A stretch of DNA of 37,664 bases, from positions 250,878,337-250,916,000 of the forward strand of contig NC_091473.1 of NCBI RefSeq assembly GCF_036971445.1, read 5' to 3'. How positions within the stretch are numbered: the first letter of the stretch is position 1; the number at the start of each line of letters is the position of its first letter. The stretch is from Narcine bancroftii (Eukaryota). Below the pieces are notes generated by a model. That model did no database searches, had not been told where the DNA came from, and saw nothing but the letters and a program-made list of their open reading frames with translations. Both the position numbers and the translations under genes were made by a program. Below are positions 23,749 to 35,012 of the stretch, piece by piece.

Positions 23749-23793
23749 ATGTGGGTTGGAATTCTTTTCATTTTTTCTGACTTACCTCTTACA
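23749..23793 (+). pseudogene. Possible leader (signal peptide) exon remnant of gene 2
   Basis: ATG TGG GTT GGA ATT CTT TTC ATT TTT TCT GAC TTA CCT CTT ACA = MWVGILFIFSDLPLT, signal-peptide-like and upstream of the second IgV exon, but no GT donor at the expected position. Confidence 0.3.
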
Positions 23794-23887
23794 ATCTTGT
23801 TTGTATTACCATTTATTGGATTTAGAAATAAGAAGTTTTGCTATTTGTAGGAAAAAAACAGGATTCTGTTGACACCCTGATTAAGTG

Positions 23888-24001
23888 AAAAAACACACAA
23901 ATGCTGGAGAAACTCAGCAGGTCAAACAGCGCCTTCACCTTTGCTACATAAAGGCACTGTTTGACCTGTTGAGTTGCTCCAGCATTTGTGGGGTTTTTTT
24001 T
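23888..24001. repeat. Inverted-repeat hairpin made of Penelope-like tail sequence
   Basis: Arms acacaaatgctggagaaactcagcaggtcaaacagcgcctt and aaggcactgtttgacctgttgagttgctccagcatttgtg are near-perfect reverse complements. Confidence 0.85.
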
Positions 24002-25271
24002 CATATGTTATTTGTAAATCTGAAAAGGTTTCATTGCAATTGATTCACTGCTTTTGTTTTTCTGATAAAACTCTATAAAAATAATTCTCAAAGAGCAGAA
24101 ACATGACGCAGAGCACCGTTTGCAGACACTTCTGACCATCCCAATGTCATCCAAGTACCAGTGATATTTAGAGTTGATCTCACAAACTGCTGCCAGAATT
24201 GTGAAAGGTTCTACTTTATGACAATATAAATAGCAGGGAGAAACACTGGACGTAACCAGTTGAAATATTCCAGAGTCAGCTGCATTTTGCAAAGTTTATC
24301 GGGATGTTCTTTGAAATAAAATATTAACTTTCAAATTCATCAGCATGTTGATAATATATGAAAGTTCCCAAGGAATTTTAGGGCTGCTCTGTCAGAAAGA
24401 TTTTACCAGCCTCAATCTGCAGGCTGGGATTTAAGGAGAGACTTAAATGGGAAATGGAAGACAGAAGCAGCAAGGTTGAGAGACGTCAGATCATAGAGTC
24501 TGGGAACAGAGGCCAAAGACATAAGAGGACGAATAGTTCAAGGAGGTTTTTTGGTCCTCAGGGGCAAGATAATTCAGAGGTTTAAAATTAGCGATGCCAA
24601 CTCTACCATATTGAAAGGGATATTGGGAACCTGAATGGACGTTTGTCAAGGCAATGTCAATTTTACAAGAAACCATCAGGCAATGGGATTAATCCACAGG
24701 ACTTCCACATCTCCTTACAATATACGATGAGATGGCAATAACTTCAGCCTGATGACCAGGAACAGCACTGGCGAGATTGTGCTAATAGAACCAAAAGAAG
24801 AATTCCACACCCCCGACTGTCCCCTCAAACCCCAGTGCCCACTCAATCCAAGGGATCAAAACTGACTGGCTCATCTCCCAAATGACTCTTAACCCAGGCC
24901 CCACTCAAGCTAAGAGGACCAGGATTGACCTGGTCTCATGATGGGACTTCCTGTTGTTCCCACGAGCTCCATTTCAAGAGCTGTGATGGGCCTGGTCCTC
25001 ACTCCCACATTGTACAGCAGTTAGACACAGGCCCTGTCACATAAATCTGAGCCACACCCAGATAACACTGCACTGAGGGAGAGGAGGTTGAAGGAGAACA
25101 TGAAGTAAATGCTTACAGCTTCTGGACTTGGGGGTCTGGGAAATATTTGTCATCTGATTAAAGTGGAAACGGTTTGCTTGTGGTTAAAAGGGAATTCACA
25201 TCTGCATTTGCTCAGCATGGTCTGGAGTGCTGTGTTAGATTTTAATGGTTGTTGTCCAATATTGTTACACT

Positions 25272-25741
25272 TTCTTTCTTTGGCTTGGCTTCGCGGACGA
25301 AGATTTATGGAGGGGGTAAAAGTCCACGTCAGCTGCAGGCTCGTTTGTGGCTGACAAGTCCGATGCGGGACAGGCAGACACGGTTGCAGCGGCTGCAGGG
25401 GAAAATTGGTTGGTTGGGGTTGGGTGTTGGGTTTTTCCTCCTTTGCCTTTTGTCAGTGAGGTGGGCTCTGCGGTCTTCTTCAAAGGAGGTTGCTGCCCGC
25501 CAAACTGTGAGGCGCCAAGATGCACGGTTTGAGGCGTTATCAGCCCACTGGCGGTGGTCAATGTGGCAGGCACCAAGAGATTTCTTTAGGCAGTCCTTGT
25601 ACCTCTTCTTTGGTGCACCTCTGTCACGGTGGCCAGTGGAGAGCTCGCCATATAACACGATCTTGGGAAGGCGATGGTCCTCCATTCTGGAGACGTGACC
25701 CATCCAGCGCAGCTGGATCTTCAGCAGCGTGGACCATATTG
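25272..25741 (-). mobile_element. 5'-truncated RTE LINE copy (same family as 30870-35065)
   Basis: Minus ORF LLKIQLRWMGHVSRMEDHRLPKIVLYGEL...CSRCNRVCLSRIGLVSHKRACS; exact 19-bp TSD tgtccaatattgttacact at 25253-25271 and 25742-25760. Confidence 0.95.
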
Positions 25742-27199
25742 TGTCCAATATTGTTACACTACATTGGTGCCAAACCCGTTCAATTCATGCAGGAGCCTAT
25801 CCACGTTTTGGTCAAACCTCAATGAAGGTCCCAAGCCCGAAACGTTGGTTATATACCTTTACGAATTAAAGCAGGCTGTTAGATCTGCTGAGCTTCTTCT
25901 GTTCTCACTTCATTCACTGAGTCTGCAGTCTTTCGTGTTTGAGTCCAACCTTGTTCAAGACATGGGGGGGGGGGGGCGTGAGGGTGAGGAGGGATTTGGT
26001 CATGAGAGGAGATGTTTCTAAACTGACCCATTACTTACTCAGCAAAGTTAGGACAGTTCATGACAGACTTCATGGAGAAATATTAGATCTAAGATGAAAT
26101 GGAGAAATCTGCTCAGGTACTTCCAAGTATATTCACCCATTGCAACATCAAGGTGAGGGGTGAGTGGGACAGTGCAGGGTGGGAATAAGGTCAGCAGCAC
26201 TTCAGATACCCTCATGGCTGTTGGGGATATGTTGGCCAGGACTGGGTGGAATACACAAATATGTGTTGATTATTTATGCAGGAGTTGACTTTCCTGGATA
26301 GCACCCAAAGAAAAGATTTTCAGAGCATCTCAATACCCATAACAATAAATGTATGCATGACAGAACCGTGATGTCTGACTTGGCCACTTATGAGATATTG
26401 AGAAATCCTGGACGCATTAGAACTGTACATTTTGAGGAGGGCGCACGCAGCAGAAACAGTGGGCCCCAGTAACCGGAAGATAATCCCTGGGATGCTAAAT
26501 GCAGGCTGGGCAAGTTTCTCTGGGTGATATTGAGGCTTGGACCACTCCTAGGGAATGGAAATATTCCGGCTGACTGCTGATTGGTGTCATATCCAGAGTG
26601 CAGTAGATGTGAGGGAGTTGGAAAGTGATTCATTGAAATTTCGTTGAACCTCAGCAAATTTGCATCATGGAAAAAGGGAATGATTGGTCTAAATGCCACC
26701 AAAATAACTGACCAACTCAGGCATAGTGCAGACACCCAACCCAATCAACACAGCTGAAATATGGAGCTACCGCAGGATGAGTTCACCCACCAGAAACGGC
26801 CCAGATCTTTGGTAACTCTCACGCTCTTGATCCGTTGACTTCATATCAAGTAAATCATTGGTTTTCAAAATGTGTTTCCTTTTGGACGATTGAAATGTTG
26901 TATAAAGTGCCTTTTGTCAATAATGCTGACTGAACTGCAAAACTTCAGCTGGAGTAACATAGGGAGCTAAAAATCAACCCTCAACAATGTTGCAAGACAT
27001 TGTAATATTGCCATTTTTCCCCACCCTAATGAAACTCTTAAACAAGCTTCACACTGCTAAAACAATCCTGCCCTTCTTCTGTTCCACCTGATCGCTCTCT
27101 ATAACTCTCAACACCATCCTGAGTTTTTACTGCAACACTAGAGAGAAGTTACCTTGCTGGACTGCTCACAAAATGGACTTTCGCACTAATACCAAGGTC

Positions 27200-27545
27200 C
27201 ACAGCACAGTAAACTAATGACCTATCCCAGAAAGAAAATATCTCCTCACTTGTCAAGAAGGTGCAACAGCAATTGCACTTTCCGAGAAGAGTGACGCGGG
27301 CAAGGCTACCGGCCACCATCCTGTCAACATTCCACAGGAGCTCTGATACAACTGCTGGAGAGCGTCAGATCCAAGGTCAATCCACTGGACCATAAGAGCA
27401 GCAGAGAGGATCACAGGAGTCTCCTTCTACCTCATCAATGGGATTTTCAGAGATTGTTGTCTAAAAGGGGGCTCAAAAAATCTCTGAGTACCCCTACCAC
27501 CCCACACACACAGCACCTTTCACCTACCTCCATCAGAAAAGAGGA
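27200..27545 (+). mobile_element. Rex1/Babar-type LINE fragment, degenerate
   Basis: cttgtcaagaaggtgcaacagcaattgcactttccgagaaga (KKxQQxLHFxRR) and ccatcagaaaagagg 3' motif. Boundaries approximate. Confidence 0.55.
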
Positions 27546-27714
27546 ACAATCTCGGTGAAATGAGAATTCACACCAGGATTAGAATATTGAAGTGCAACAT
27601 GACGTGGACAAAATCATGAATCTCCATGAACGGTAGAAATGCCACAATTCTATTGCTAAAATCAGCGTGTGTGGATGCAGTGTGGGTAATCTTTCATCTT
27701 TTATGCACCAAAAG

Positions 27715-28029
27715 GTTAAAGTGCAACAACTGGTCCCAAAGATATTAAGGGAGAAGAAGGACAGTCGATCATTGTGGAATGCCAGTATGATCGGAAATAA
27801 AGTGACCAAAAGAAACAATGGCATAGAGGTCATTATTATCTATTAAGTACTCTTTTGGTTTCAACTGATCGCCCACAACATGGAAGATCATCGATGATTG
27901 ATAAAAAGACAGAGGCGATAATGTCAGTCACCATAGACAACCTACAGAAGGAAGATGAAGGATGGTACTGGTGTGTGAGCAATAAGATAAAGAAAGAAGT
28001 GTTTTCGATTCACTTGAAAGTTTCTGAAG
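27715..28029 (+). pseudogene. CD300/pIgR-like gene 2 Ig V-set exon, pseudogenised
   Basis: G*SATTGPKDIKGEEGQSIIVECQYDRK*SDQKKQWHRGHYYLLSTLLVSTDRPQHGRSSMIDKKTEAIMSVTIDNLQKEDEGWYWCVSNKIKKEVFSIHLKVSE|GT. V-set motifs are intact, but in-frame TAA occurs at 27717-27719 and 27798-27800; phase-1 donor at 28030. Confidence 0.88.
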
Positions 28030-28152
28030 GTACGCTGACAATTTCTCCTCCCTTGGCCCAAATGTGAAAATTTCATCCTGGCCTCTCCCACCCTCAGCTC
28101 TGATGGTGTCTTAGTCCCACATCTCCATGGCATCAAAGGGGTGGGGACTCAT

Positions 28153-28383
28153 TATGATAGTACAGATTCTATCACCAATGTGTCTATGTACAGATGGTCA
28201 TGTAGGATGACTGTGATTGGCTGAGAGCGTAGCCACACCTACTGGCAGGTCTTAAAGGATTGCTCCTAGCCAGACCAGGTCATTGTGGACTGGTCAACCT
28301 ACTTGTGATACGCTCCAGTCTTTTAGTTAATAAAAGCCTTAGTTTGGATCAACAAGACTTTGGTTCTTTCGACGCACATTACA
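28153..28383 (+). mobile_element. Short solo LTR
   Basis: 5-bp TSD ctcat at 28148-28152 and 28384-28388; ends ATTACA; reverse CCAAT (gattggct) and AATAAA at 28329-28334. Confidence 0.7.
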
Positions 28384-29779
28384 CTCATCAACTAGGTATC
28401 TTGTCTCTTGGGGGGAGACAACAACACCCCCTCGACTGGACAGTCCCAAGAGGCAACTGTTCTGCTATTGGGTCATTCCACGGAGCCAATCGTTCCAAGA
28501 TCAGAACCGTGCCCACACTCACTGGAACAGGTGGGACAGCAGACCTACACCAGCTCGCTCTACCCACCTCTGCAGTTCCACCTAGCCCAATCCCACCCAT
28601 TGGTGATATCAGCCGAGTTCTGTTCACTTCCTCAGTTATTCTCCTGATGGAAAAGCTGATCCTGAAAGAGTGAAGTAGATAATCTGGGATATATTTAGCA
28701 GGTTGGGCAGCATCTTTAGTGGGAGAAACTGGGTTAATATTTAAGAGAGATATCCTTTGTCCGATTTGGGCAAGTTTCAAGATCCAGGTGTGGGAGGAGT
28801 CATGGAGGGAAAAGAAAGGAAGCCCATTGATAATGTCATGGAGCCACTGCGTCTAACAGCATAGAACAGACCCATCAAATCACCAGCTGTGCTCAACCCA
28901 TTTCATCTGTCACATCCTATATGAATGGTTCCAGGCCCATCTCGATATCCATTCAAGGTAAGAGTCTCTGCCATCACCTTCTCAGGCAGTGCTTAAGATC
29001 CTAACCACATTCTGGTGAGCAAAATCTTCTCTATATCTCCTGTAAACATTTTACATCGAAACAAAAGGCTTTGCGCTCTGGTTATAATGACCTCTGCTGC
29101 TTAGAACATTTTTACTGCTATCAATCCTACCTCTCCCCCATATAATGTTGAACATGCCATTCAGATAAGTTCTCAGCTTTGATATCTGCAAGGAAGACAA
29201 CCCGGCCTCTCCATCCTCTCCTCACAATGGAAATGCTCCTATGCATGCTGTGTGACCTGCTGATTCCTCCATCATTTTGGTCATTATTATATTCACACAT
29301 CTGCAGACTTTTGTGTTCAACTTTAATCACTCTACGCCAACTTCCCCGCTGTCATGCTCTCTCAGCCCCTTTACAATGACCATCCACTCCCCCTCCTTCA
29401 GCCTTGTTCTTTTTGTTCCCCTCTCCCACACTCTCCATTTCTATCTCTCCTCTCTCATTCTCTCATGTGCTCCAGCTTCCCAGAAGGAGGAGTTGGAACC
29501 CAGGACCTGTTCCTTGCAGTACCGGCAGTGGACACTTCAGGCTTCCTCTTTCCCTTTGGGTCATTGAGCCAGTGGGAGCTGGGGTGGGGACCAGCACAAG
29601 AATCCAATCTGCGGACTGAGGAAAATCCCAGCAGTGGGCAGACTTTGGTGGAGAGGCTAATTGTAGCCTTGGCTGCTTCATGGATGTCCCCAGATCTAGG
29701 ATGCTTTCAGGGACACTCCTTCACCAGGTGCACAGTTGCTCATCCAGGGAGGATTCCGTGGACAAAACTTGACTCACAA

Positions 29780-30505
29780 TAGGAAACTACACAAAACGTG
29801 GCCTCCTTGTGGAAAGTTTCCAGAAATTATTTCCCAGAAATCTCCAGAATTTACACCCACCAATCAACACGATGCTCCAGAAGCCGCGGAGTAGGCAACG
29901 ATACAAACAGGATCAACATGGAGCCAAGGAATGGAGCACGAGAAAGAAGATCAAGAGGAAGATAAAGACATATAAGAAAAAAATACAAGGTAAAAAACAG
30001 AAGCAGATGGTGGATAAGGAATATTTGACAGTCAAATCAAGATTCTAATGGAAACAATAATGACTGAGTTCAGTTCAGTACTATTAAAAAAACCAAGCAA
30101 GAGACAGATGTAAAAATACAAAGAATGAACAAGGCTATGGCAATATTGAGAAAGCAAAGTGATGAAGTGGATGACAGAGGGATAGGCGTGGAAATGGAGG
30201 TGAATGAGTCAAGAGAAAAGTTGGAAGATAGAGATAAGGAGATTAACAAGACACATGACTTATTAGCCCAAATAAATGGACATTTTAGAGGATTTTAGCA
30301 GATGTAATAAGATAAAAATAGTCAGCCCGAAAGAAGGTGAAGTAGGGGCAGATATAAAAGGATTTATAAAAAGATGGATCCCTCAGATCTTGGGAGAAGA
30401 AGGACTCCAAGAAGGAATAGAAATTGAAAGAGCCCACAGAGCATTGGCACAAAAGCCACAGCCACAGCAGAAACCGCAATTCATTCTAATAAAACTACGA
30501 TACAC
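29780..30505 (+). mobile_element. L1/Tx1-like LINE ORF1 remnant
   Basis: Coiled-coil-like K/E-rich region followed by DILEDFSRCNKIKIV..EG...IEIERAHRAL (L1 ORF1p RRM signature LENxSRRNN...IERAHR). 5' boundary approximate. Confidence 0.8.
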
Positions 30506-30869
30506 AATGTTTGGCAGCTCTTGGGTTGTATTCATTGGAGTATAGGAGAATGAGAGGAAATCTCAGAGGCTTCTCGTATTCTGAAAGGTTTAGATAGGGT
30601 GGATGCGGGTAAGATGTTTCCCTTGGTGGGTGAATCAAGGACAAGGGGTCATAGTCTGAAAATTAGAGGTTATCAATATAAAACAGAGATTAGGAAGAAC
30701 TTCTTTAGCCATAGGGTTGTGGGTCGGTGGAACTCACTGTTGTATACAGCAGTGGAAGCTAGATCACTGGGAGTATTTAAACAAGAAATAGACAAGTGTC
30801 TCATTAGTGAGGGCATCAAGGGATATGGGGAAAAGGCCGGAAATTGGAACTAGTGTAGAGTAGCTTAGT

Positions 30870-31541
30870 CCGCCTGCTTCGCTCTGCCGAGGCCGGGGCC
30901 ACCGCCTCCCCCTTGCTTCTGCCCGGACCGGGGCCTCTGCCTGCCTCACTCGACTGAGGCCAGGGCCGCTGCCTCCCCCTCGCTTCTGCCCGGACTGGGG
31001 CCTCCGCCTGCCTCACTCGACCGAGGCCAGGGCCGCTGCCTCCCCCTCGCTTCTGCCTGGACCGGGGCCTCCGCCTACCTCACTCGACCGAGGCCGGGGC
31101 CGCCGCCTCCCCTTCACTCTTGCCCGGATCGGGGCCGCCGCTGCCTACCCTCTGCCCGGACCGGGGCCGGGGCTGCCGCCGCTTTCCCTGTGCCTGGACC
31201 GGGGCCACCGCCTCCTTCTTTCTGCCCGGACAGGGCAGAAGCGAGGGGGAGGCGGAGGTCCCGGTCCGGGCAGAAGCGAGGGGGAGGCGGCGGCCCCGGC
31301 CTCAGTCGAGTGAGGCAGGCGGAGGCCCCGGTACGGGCAGAAGCGAGGGGGAGGCTGCGGCCCCGGCCTCGGTCGAGTGAGGCAGGCAGAGGCCCTGGTC
31401 CGGGCAGAAGCGAGGGGGAGGCAGTATCCCCGGCCTCGGCAGAGCGAAGCAGGTGGAGGCCCCGGTCCGGGCAGAAAGAAGGAGGTGGCGGCCCCGGTCC
31501 GGGCATAGGGAAAGCAGCGGCCCCGGCCCCTGTCCGGGCAG
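30870..31541. repeat. GC-rich minisatellite (67-bp period) in inverted arrangement at the RTE 5' end
   Basis: Unit starts gggcctc at 30931, 30998 and 31065; orientation flips at ttctgccc-ggaca-gggcagaa (31220-31240). Confidence 0.9.
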
Positions 31542-31682
31542 TATGGTCCGACCGAGGAGGGGAGGCAGGGCCCTCCAGCCCGGGTAAGAAACCTGCATAG
31601 GAGAAGGCCACTCCGATATAAAACCTTCGACCCAAGGACCTCGCTGCCACATCCCAGCTTGCTTGGCCATGGCACACGAACC

Positions 31683-34600
31683 ATGGGTGTAAAGGGTGGG
31701 GCCAGTACAGCGCACACTGCACTCCACCTAAAAGCTCCTTTGCGCAGGCCCGAGGACATGTCCACGTCCTCCCCCTCCACGTCCTCCCCCTCAAAAGATG
31801 CTCACAAACTCAAGCTAGCATGCTGGAACATCAGAACCATGGTAGACAAGGCTGACAGCCACCGACCTGAACGTCGGTCTGCCCTCATCGCACATGAACT
31901 CCTCAGACTTGACATCGACATACCCGCTCTCAGTGAAGTCCGCCTTGCAGTTGTAGGCAGCCTCCAAGAACATGGCGCGGGCTACACACTCTACTGGTCT
32001 GGCAAGCCTATGGATGAACGACGCCTATCTGGTGTAGGCTTCATTGTCAAGAACTCCATTGCCTCCAAACTCGAAAACCTCCCGACAGGCCACTCGGACC
32101 GGATCACGTCTATGCGACTCCCCCTTCAAAACAAGTGTCGCATCACCCTCATCAGTGTCTATGCTCCAACCCTCCAGGCGGAACAAGCAGAAAAGGACAA
32201 GTTCTACACTGATCTGCGCAACCTCATTTAACGCACCCCTACAGCCGACAAGATTGTCATCCTTGGCGACTTCAACGCTCGCGTCGGCAAAGACTCAGAA
32301 GCCTGGCCAGGAATCCTGGGCAAGCATGGTGTCGGCAAGTGCAACAACAACGGGCGCCTCCTGTTGGAACTCTGCACAGAACAGCGGCTTGTCATTACAA
32401 ACACCCTTTTTCACCAAATGGACAGCCTGAAGAGTACCTGGATGCATCCCCGATCCAAACACTGGCACCTCCTGGACTACGTCCTGGTGCGAGAAAGAGA
32501 CAAACGAGATGTGCTCCACACCAGGGTCATGCCCAGCGCAGAATGCCACACTGACCACCGGTTGGTTCGCTGCAAGCTCAACCTTCACTTCAAGCCAAAG
32601 CCCAGGAACAATAAAGCCCCCAGAAAGAGGTTCAATGTTGGAAACCTGCAGTCAGACGAAGTGAGAGGAAACTTTCAGGCAAACCTCAAAGCAAAGCTCG
32701 AGGATGCAATCCACCTCACGGACTCATCCCCTGAAACCCTCTGGGATCAGCTGAAGACTACCATACTGCAATCCACTGAAGAGGTACTAGGCTTCTCCTC
32801 CAGGAAAAACAAGGACTGGTTCGACGAAAACAGCCAGGAAATCCAGGAGCTGCTGGCAAAGAAGCAAGCTGCCCACCAGGCTCACCTTACAAAGCTGTCC
32901 TGGCCAGAGAAGAAACAAGCCTTCCGTCGCGCATGCAGCCATCTTTAGCGCAAACTTCGGGAGATCCAAAATGAGTGGTGGACTAGCCTCGCCAAACGAA
33001 CCCAGCTCAGCGCGGACATTGGCGACTTCAGGGGTTTTTACGAGGCTCTAAAGGCTGTGTACGGCCCCTCACCCCAAGTCCAAAGCCCACTGCGCAGCTC
33101 AGACGGCAAAGTCCTCCTCAGCGACAAGATCTCCATCCTCAACCGATGGTCAGAACACTTCCAATCTCTTTTCATTGCCAACCGCTCAGTCCAAGATTCC
33201 ACCCTGCTCCAACTCCCTCAACAGCCCCTAAGGCTAGAGCTGGATGAGGTCCTCACCCGGGAAGAGACATATAAGGCAATTGAACAACTGAAAAGTGGCA
33301 AAGCAGCAGGTATGGATGGAATCCCCTCAGAGGTCTGGAAGGCTGGCGGCAAAACTCTGCATGCCAAACTGCATGAGTTTTTCAAGCTCTGCTGGGACCA
33401 AGGAAAGGTGCCTCAGGACCTTCGTGATTCCATCATCATCACCCTGTACAAAAACAAAGGCGAGAAATCAGACTTCTCAAACTACAGGGGAATCACGTTG
33501 CTCTCCATTGCAGGCAAAATCTTCGCTAGGATTTACCTAAATAGAATAATACCTAGTGTCGCCGAGAATGTTCTCCCAGAATCACAGTGCGGCTTTCGCG
33601 CAAACAGAGGAACCACTGACATGGTCTTTGCCCTCAGACAGCTCCAAGAAAAGTGCAGAGAACAAAACAAAGGACTCTACATCACCTTTGTTGACCTCAC
33701 CAAAGCCTTCGACACCGTGAGCAGGAAAGGGCTTTGGCAAATACTAGAGCGCATCGGATGCCCCCCAAAGTTGCTCAACATGGTTATCCAACTGCACGAA
33801 AACCAACAAGGTCAGGTCAGATACAGCAATGAGCTCTCTGAACACTTCTCCATTAACAATGGCATGAAGCAAGGCTGCGTTCTCGCACCAACCCTCTTTT
33901 CAATCTTCTTCAGCATGTTATATATGTTATATATATGTTATGATGCTGAACCAAGCCATGAAAGACCTCAACAATGAAGATGCTGTTTACATCCGGTACC
34001 GCACGGATGGCAGTCTCTTCAATCTGAGGCGCCTGCAAGCTCACAACAAGACACAAGAGCAACTTGTCCGTGAACTACTCTTTGCAGACGATGCCGCTTT
34101 AGTTGCCCATTCAGAGCCAGCTCTTCAGCGCTTGACGTCCTGTTTTGTGGAAACTGCCAAAATGTTTGGCCTGGAAGTCAGCCTGAAGAAAACTGAGGTC
34201 CTCCATCAGCCAGCTCCCCACCATGACTACCAGCCCCCCCATATCTCCATCGGGCACACAAAACTCAAAACGGTCAACCAGTTTACCTTTCTCGGCTGCA
34301 CCATTTCATCGGATGCAAGGATCGACAACGAGATAAACAACAGACTCGCCAAGGCAAATAGCGCCTTTGGAATACTACACAAAAGAGTCTGGAAAAACAA
34401 CCAACTGAAAAACCTCACAAAGATTAGCGTATACAGAGCCTTTGTCATACCCACACTCCTGTTTGGCTCCGAATCATGGGTCCTCTACCGGCATCACCTA
34501 CGGCTCCTAGAACGCTTCCACCAGCGTTGTCTCCGCTCCATCCTCAACATTCATTGGAGCGAATTCATCCCTAACATCGAAGTACTTGAGATGGCAGAGG

Positions 34601-35012
34601 CCGACAGCATCGAATCCCCGCTGCTGAAGATCCAACTGCGCTGGGTAGGTCACGTCTCCAGAATGGAGGACCATCGCCTTCCCAAGATCGTGTTATATGG
34701 CAAGCTCTCCATTGGCCACCGTGACAGAGGTGCACCAAAGAAGAGATACAAGGACTGCCTAAAGAAATCTCTTGGTGCCTGCCACATTGCCAGTGGGCTG
34801 ATATCGCCTCAAACCGTGCATCTTGGCGCCTCACAGTTCGGCGGGCAGCAACCTCCTTTGAAGAAGACCGCAGAGCCCACCTCACTGACAAAAAACAAAG
34901 GAGGAAAAACCCAACACCCAACCCCAACCAACCAATTTTCCCCTGCAACCGCTGCAACCGTGTCTGCCTGTCCAACATCGGACTTGTCAGCCACAAACGA
35001 GCCTGCAGCTGA
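31683..35012 (+). pseudogene. RTE ORF (APE endonuclease, reverse transcriptase, C-terminal zinc finger), disrupted
   Basis: WNIRT, LSEVR, VYAPT, GDFN, TDH (APE); YRGITL, QCGFR, FVDLTKAFD, KQGC, LFADD (RT). Lesions: TAA 32229-32231, TAG 32946-32948, 25-bp insertion 33915-33939, and a 7-bp deletion near 34788 relative to the second copy. Confidence 0.95.

Noticed and set aside
30870-31541. Repeat array as CRISPR-like
   Set aside because: Contiguous tandem units without unique spacers, in a eukaryotic context with no cas genes.
31114-31794. Several long overlapping Pro/Gly/Arg-rich ORFs on both strands
   Set aside because: By-products of the GC-rich, stop-poor minisatellite; no domain signature.
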